Shown piece by piece: positions 61,721-64,000 of a DNA stretch of 64,000 nucleotides. The DNA is from Octopus bimaculoides (lineage: Eukaryota), in assembly GCF_001194135.2 (NCBI RefSeq), contig NC_069003.1, positions 22,348,613 to 22,412,612 of the forward strand. The letters are read 5' to 3'. How positions within the stretch are numbered: position 1 is the stretch's first letter; every line of letters begins with the position of its first letter. The notes under the pieces were generated by a model. The model was not told where the DNA came from and searched no databases. It saw nothing but the letters and a program-made list of their open reading frames with translations. A program made the translations under genes and the position numbers.

Positions 61721-63229
61721 TATATCAATATATTAGCCACATCAATAAGCTTCAGACACTTTGCTGGGAAATACAAGACACCAATGGTATGTCAAAGCAC
61801 AACAGCTGTCACATTCTGGCCAAATCCACCTTGGCTAACTCCATTATCAACAACTCTAGAATCTAGAAGACACACACAACCAAGGCTTAGGTGCTTGTTC
61901 TGTCGTGGCTGGCATGGAACTAAGCAACAACAACAACAACAGCAGCAGCAGCAGCAGCAATGACCACAACAACAACAACAGTAGCAACAACAGGAACAGC
62001 AACAGCAACAGTTATACAGAAACATGTTGGACAATGGAGATAGAACAACAGACATAAACTGTATCACATGGTTGCTAGATCTGCTAAAAATAACAAGCAA
62101 ATCTCCCGAAAATTACACCCTATCATCTTGAAACAGGAAGGTTATATAAGGTAATATAGTCCTAGAAACCTGGGAAAGGGATTGTTATGAATAAAATGCC
62201 TTTGATCATAGGCTGGTTGGATCAGGGTCAACCTGGTGTTAAACATCACCACCACCACCACCACTACCTACAGCAACAACAACAACTACTGCACCACCAT
62301 CACCACCACCTACAACTACAATAACATGTCTATTGTACAGTTCACAGCTGCAGAGAAGAATGTGTAATTATTATTGCTGTGTCTATTGATTTCTTACATT
62401 GCCACATATGGCACAAGGAATGAAGAATCAATACAAGGAATGAAAAATCGACCAGAAAATACATCCTCATTTATTTTATTTCTATTTATTTTTGTATCAC
62501 ACAATCTGTATGAACAAGGATGTTATTCATTGCTGGCTGCCAATGGACTAATTACTATCTCATTACATTTCTGACCATAGTAAGAACAATAAGGCAGTGT
62601 TGGTAAATCAGGGAACAACAAATATCTCCAGTGCCTTTGTTCATAAAGCAGCAGTTTTAATGTTTTGCTTACCAATATTTATATCCTTCACCTGTGTGTG
62701 TGTGTGCATCTCTCTCTTCTCTTCCCACATGACTGGTGTTCGGCCAAGCCTGATCTTTCTTTCTTGGCTGGCCGTTGTGCGTGCAACATTGATATTCCTC
62801 CCTGTGCCTGTGAAACCTTGTATCCCTGCCATAAGGCTTTATTTCCACACCTGCCAGCTTAATTTCGTCCTTAGTCGAAAGACACCTCTTGTTATGTTCT
62901 GTTATTATTTTTATTGTATTTGTGTAACATTATTCGTTTCTTTCCGTCCTCGTTTTTGTATACATTCGCAGCTTTCTTCTAAGGAATCTAATGCTCTTAG
63001 CTTAGTTTTTCCTTGGGGCTGGCCAGATTGGAGCAATATCGAGTATAACCAGCCAAAATTGCAAAGATAATCTGTATCTCGACTTGTAAAAGAAAACTCC
63101 GAATGACCTGTCCTTGTTTTCTTCCTATCGTCTATCTGGATGTTTTGTCCCTTTCTTGTATCACCTAACTGTCTGGATGTTTTGCGTTCTTGTCCCATTT
63201 TATATTATTTATACACACACACATATATA

Positions 63230-63622
63230 GACACAGGCATGGCTGTCTGGTAAGAAGCTTGCTTCCCAACCACATGGTTCCGGGTTTAGTCCCACTGCAT
63301 GGTACTTTGAGTAAGTGTCTTCCACTATAGCCTTGGGCCAACCAAAGCCTTATAAATGGATTTGGTTGACAGAAACTGAAAGAAGCCCATCATATATATG
63401 CATGTATATATTTTATGTGTGCATCTCTGTTTGTCCCCACTTCCTTTACTTGACAACCAATGCTGGTGTGTTTATGTCCCCGTAACATAACGGTTCAGCA
63501 AAAGACACCAATAGAATAAGTACGAGGCTTTCAAAAGAATAAGTTGATTTCTTCAACTAAAACCCTTTAAGGCATTGGTCCAGCATGGGTGTAGTCAAAT
63601 GACTGAAACAAGTAAAAGAATA
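63230..63622 (+). mobile_element. SINE family B
   Basis: Homology to 30171-30573. Confidence 0.85.
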
Positions 63623-63627
63623 TATAG

Positions 63628-63790
63628 ATCGCTGACCACTACACACATTTTTTTCTCCCCTTGTTTCTTTCTGTTGAAGAGCGTAGGCTTGAAACGTTAG
63701 ACTTTCTCTATTCCCGAGCGTTATACTAATACATCCATTTGTTGTCTACACCACCTGTCTTCATCTGTTGTTTTTTCGTGAATTCTCCCT
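63628..63790 (+). repeat. Penelope-type pseudo-LTR-like repeat with hammerhead-like motif
   Basis: CTGTTGAAGAGCGTAGGCTTGAAACGTT at 63671-63698, followed by (TA)n/(AAT)n. Confidence 0.5.
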
Positions 63791-63793
63791 ATA

Positions 63794-63825
<32 letters not shown>

Positions 63826-64000
63826 ATTAGGGAATATATAATTCCAAACGTACAGGAATATTCAATTTAGTAATACTAAATTAAATTTCAACATATATAA
63901 TATATATGTATATAAATACAATTTAGAGAAGAACCACCATTATACAATTCAAACAGTGAAAGTCCCCAATGACACCATCCAGAAAAAAATACTAATCTAA

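Noticed and set aside
61697-62100. PolyQ / polyC ORFs
   Set aside because: They are (CAA/CAG)n microsatellite with no splice context or recognisable domain.
62700-63200. Possible second Penelope remnant (RSGLAEH-like peptide on minus strand)
   Set aside because: Only a 7-residue resemblance with no GIY/YIG motif; probably a repeat, but I cannot support a classification.

Overview
AT-rich, microsatellite- and SINE-dense animal genomic DNA from a gapped scaffold (9 N-runs). The repeat families look like those of octopus/coleoid cephalopods; this is inference from repeat recognition, not a database match. One host gene is firmly supported: a beta-secretase (BACE1/BACE2 pro-ortholog) on the minus strand. 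It has 10 coding exons from 26064 to 4449, all introns GT-AG, and a 1527-nt CDS (508 aa) with both catalytic motifs (DTGS, DSGT), six conserved cysteines and a C-terminal TM helix. The 5' leader is probably spliced and carries short uORFs; a CpG-rich candidate promoter lies at ~56-57.8 kb. The rest is transposon debris: a decayed Mag-type Ty3/gypsy element, a Penelope GIY-YIG fragment, RTE and R4/Dong LINE fragments, a Tc1 transposase remnant, several MITEs and at least five SINE-like families. The most notable observations are: a tRNA-like-head/R4-tail chimera inside one 13-bp TSD; hammerhead-like motifs in Penelope-type repeats; an 88-nt intronic hairpin and a 97-bp palindrome; a 48-bp SINE TSD; tandem RFX X-boxes; and a BACE tail with YxxPhi in place of DXXLL. 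I see no clear evidence of a wholly new biological system. Repeat boundaries are approximate; exon boundaries were read base by base.
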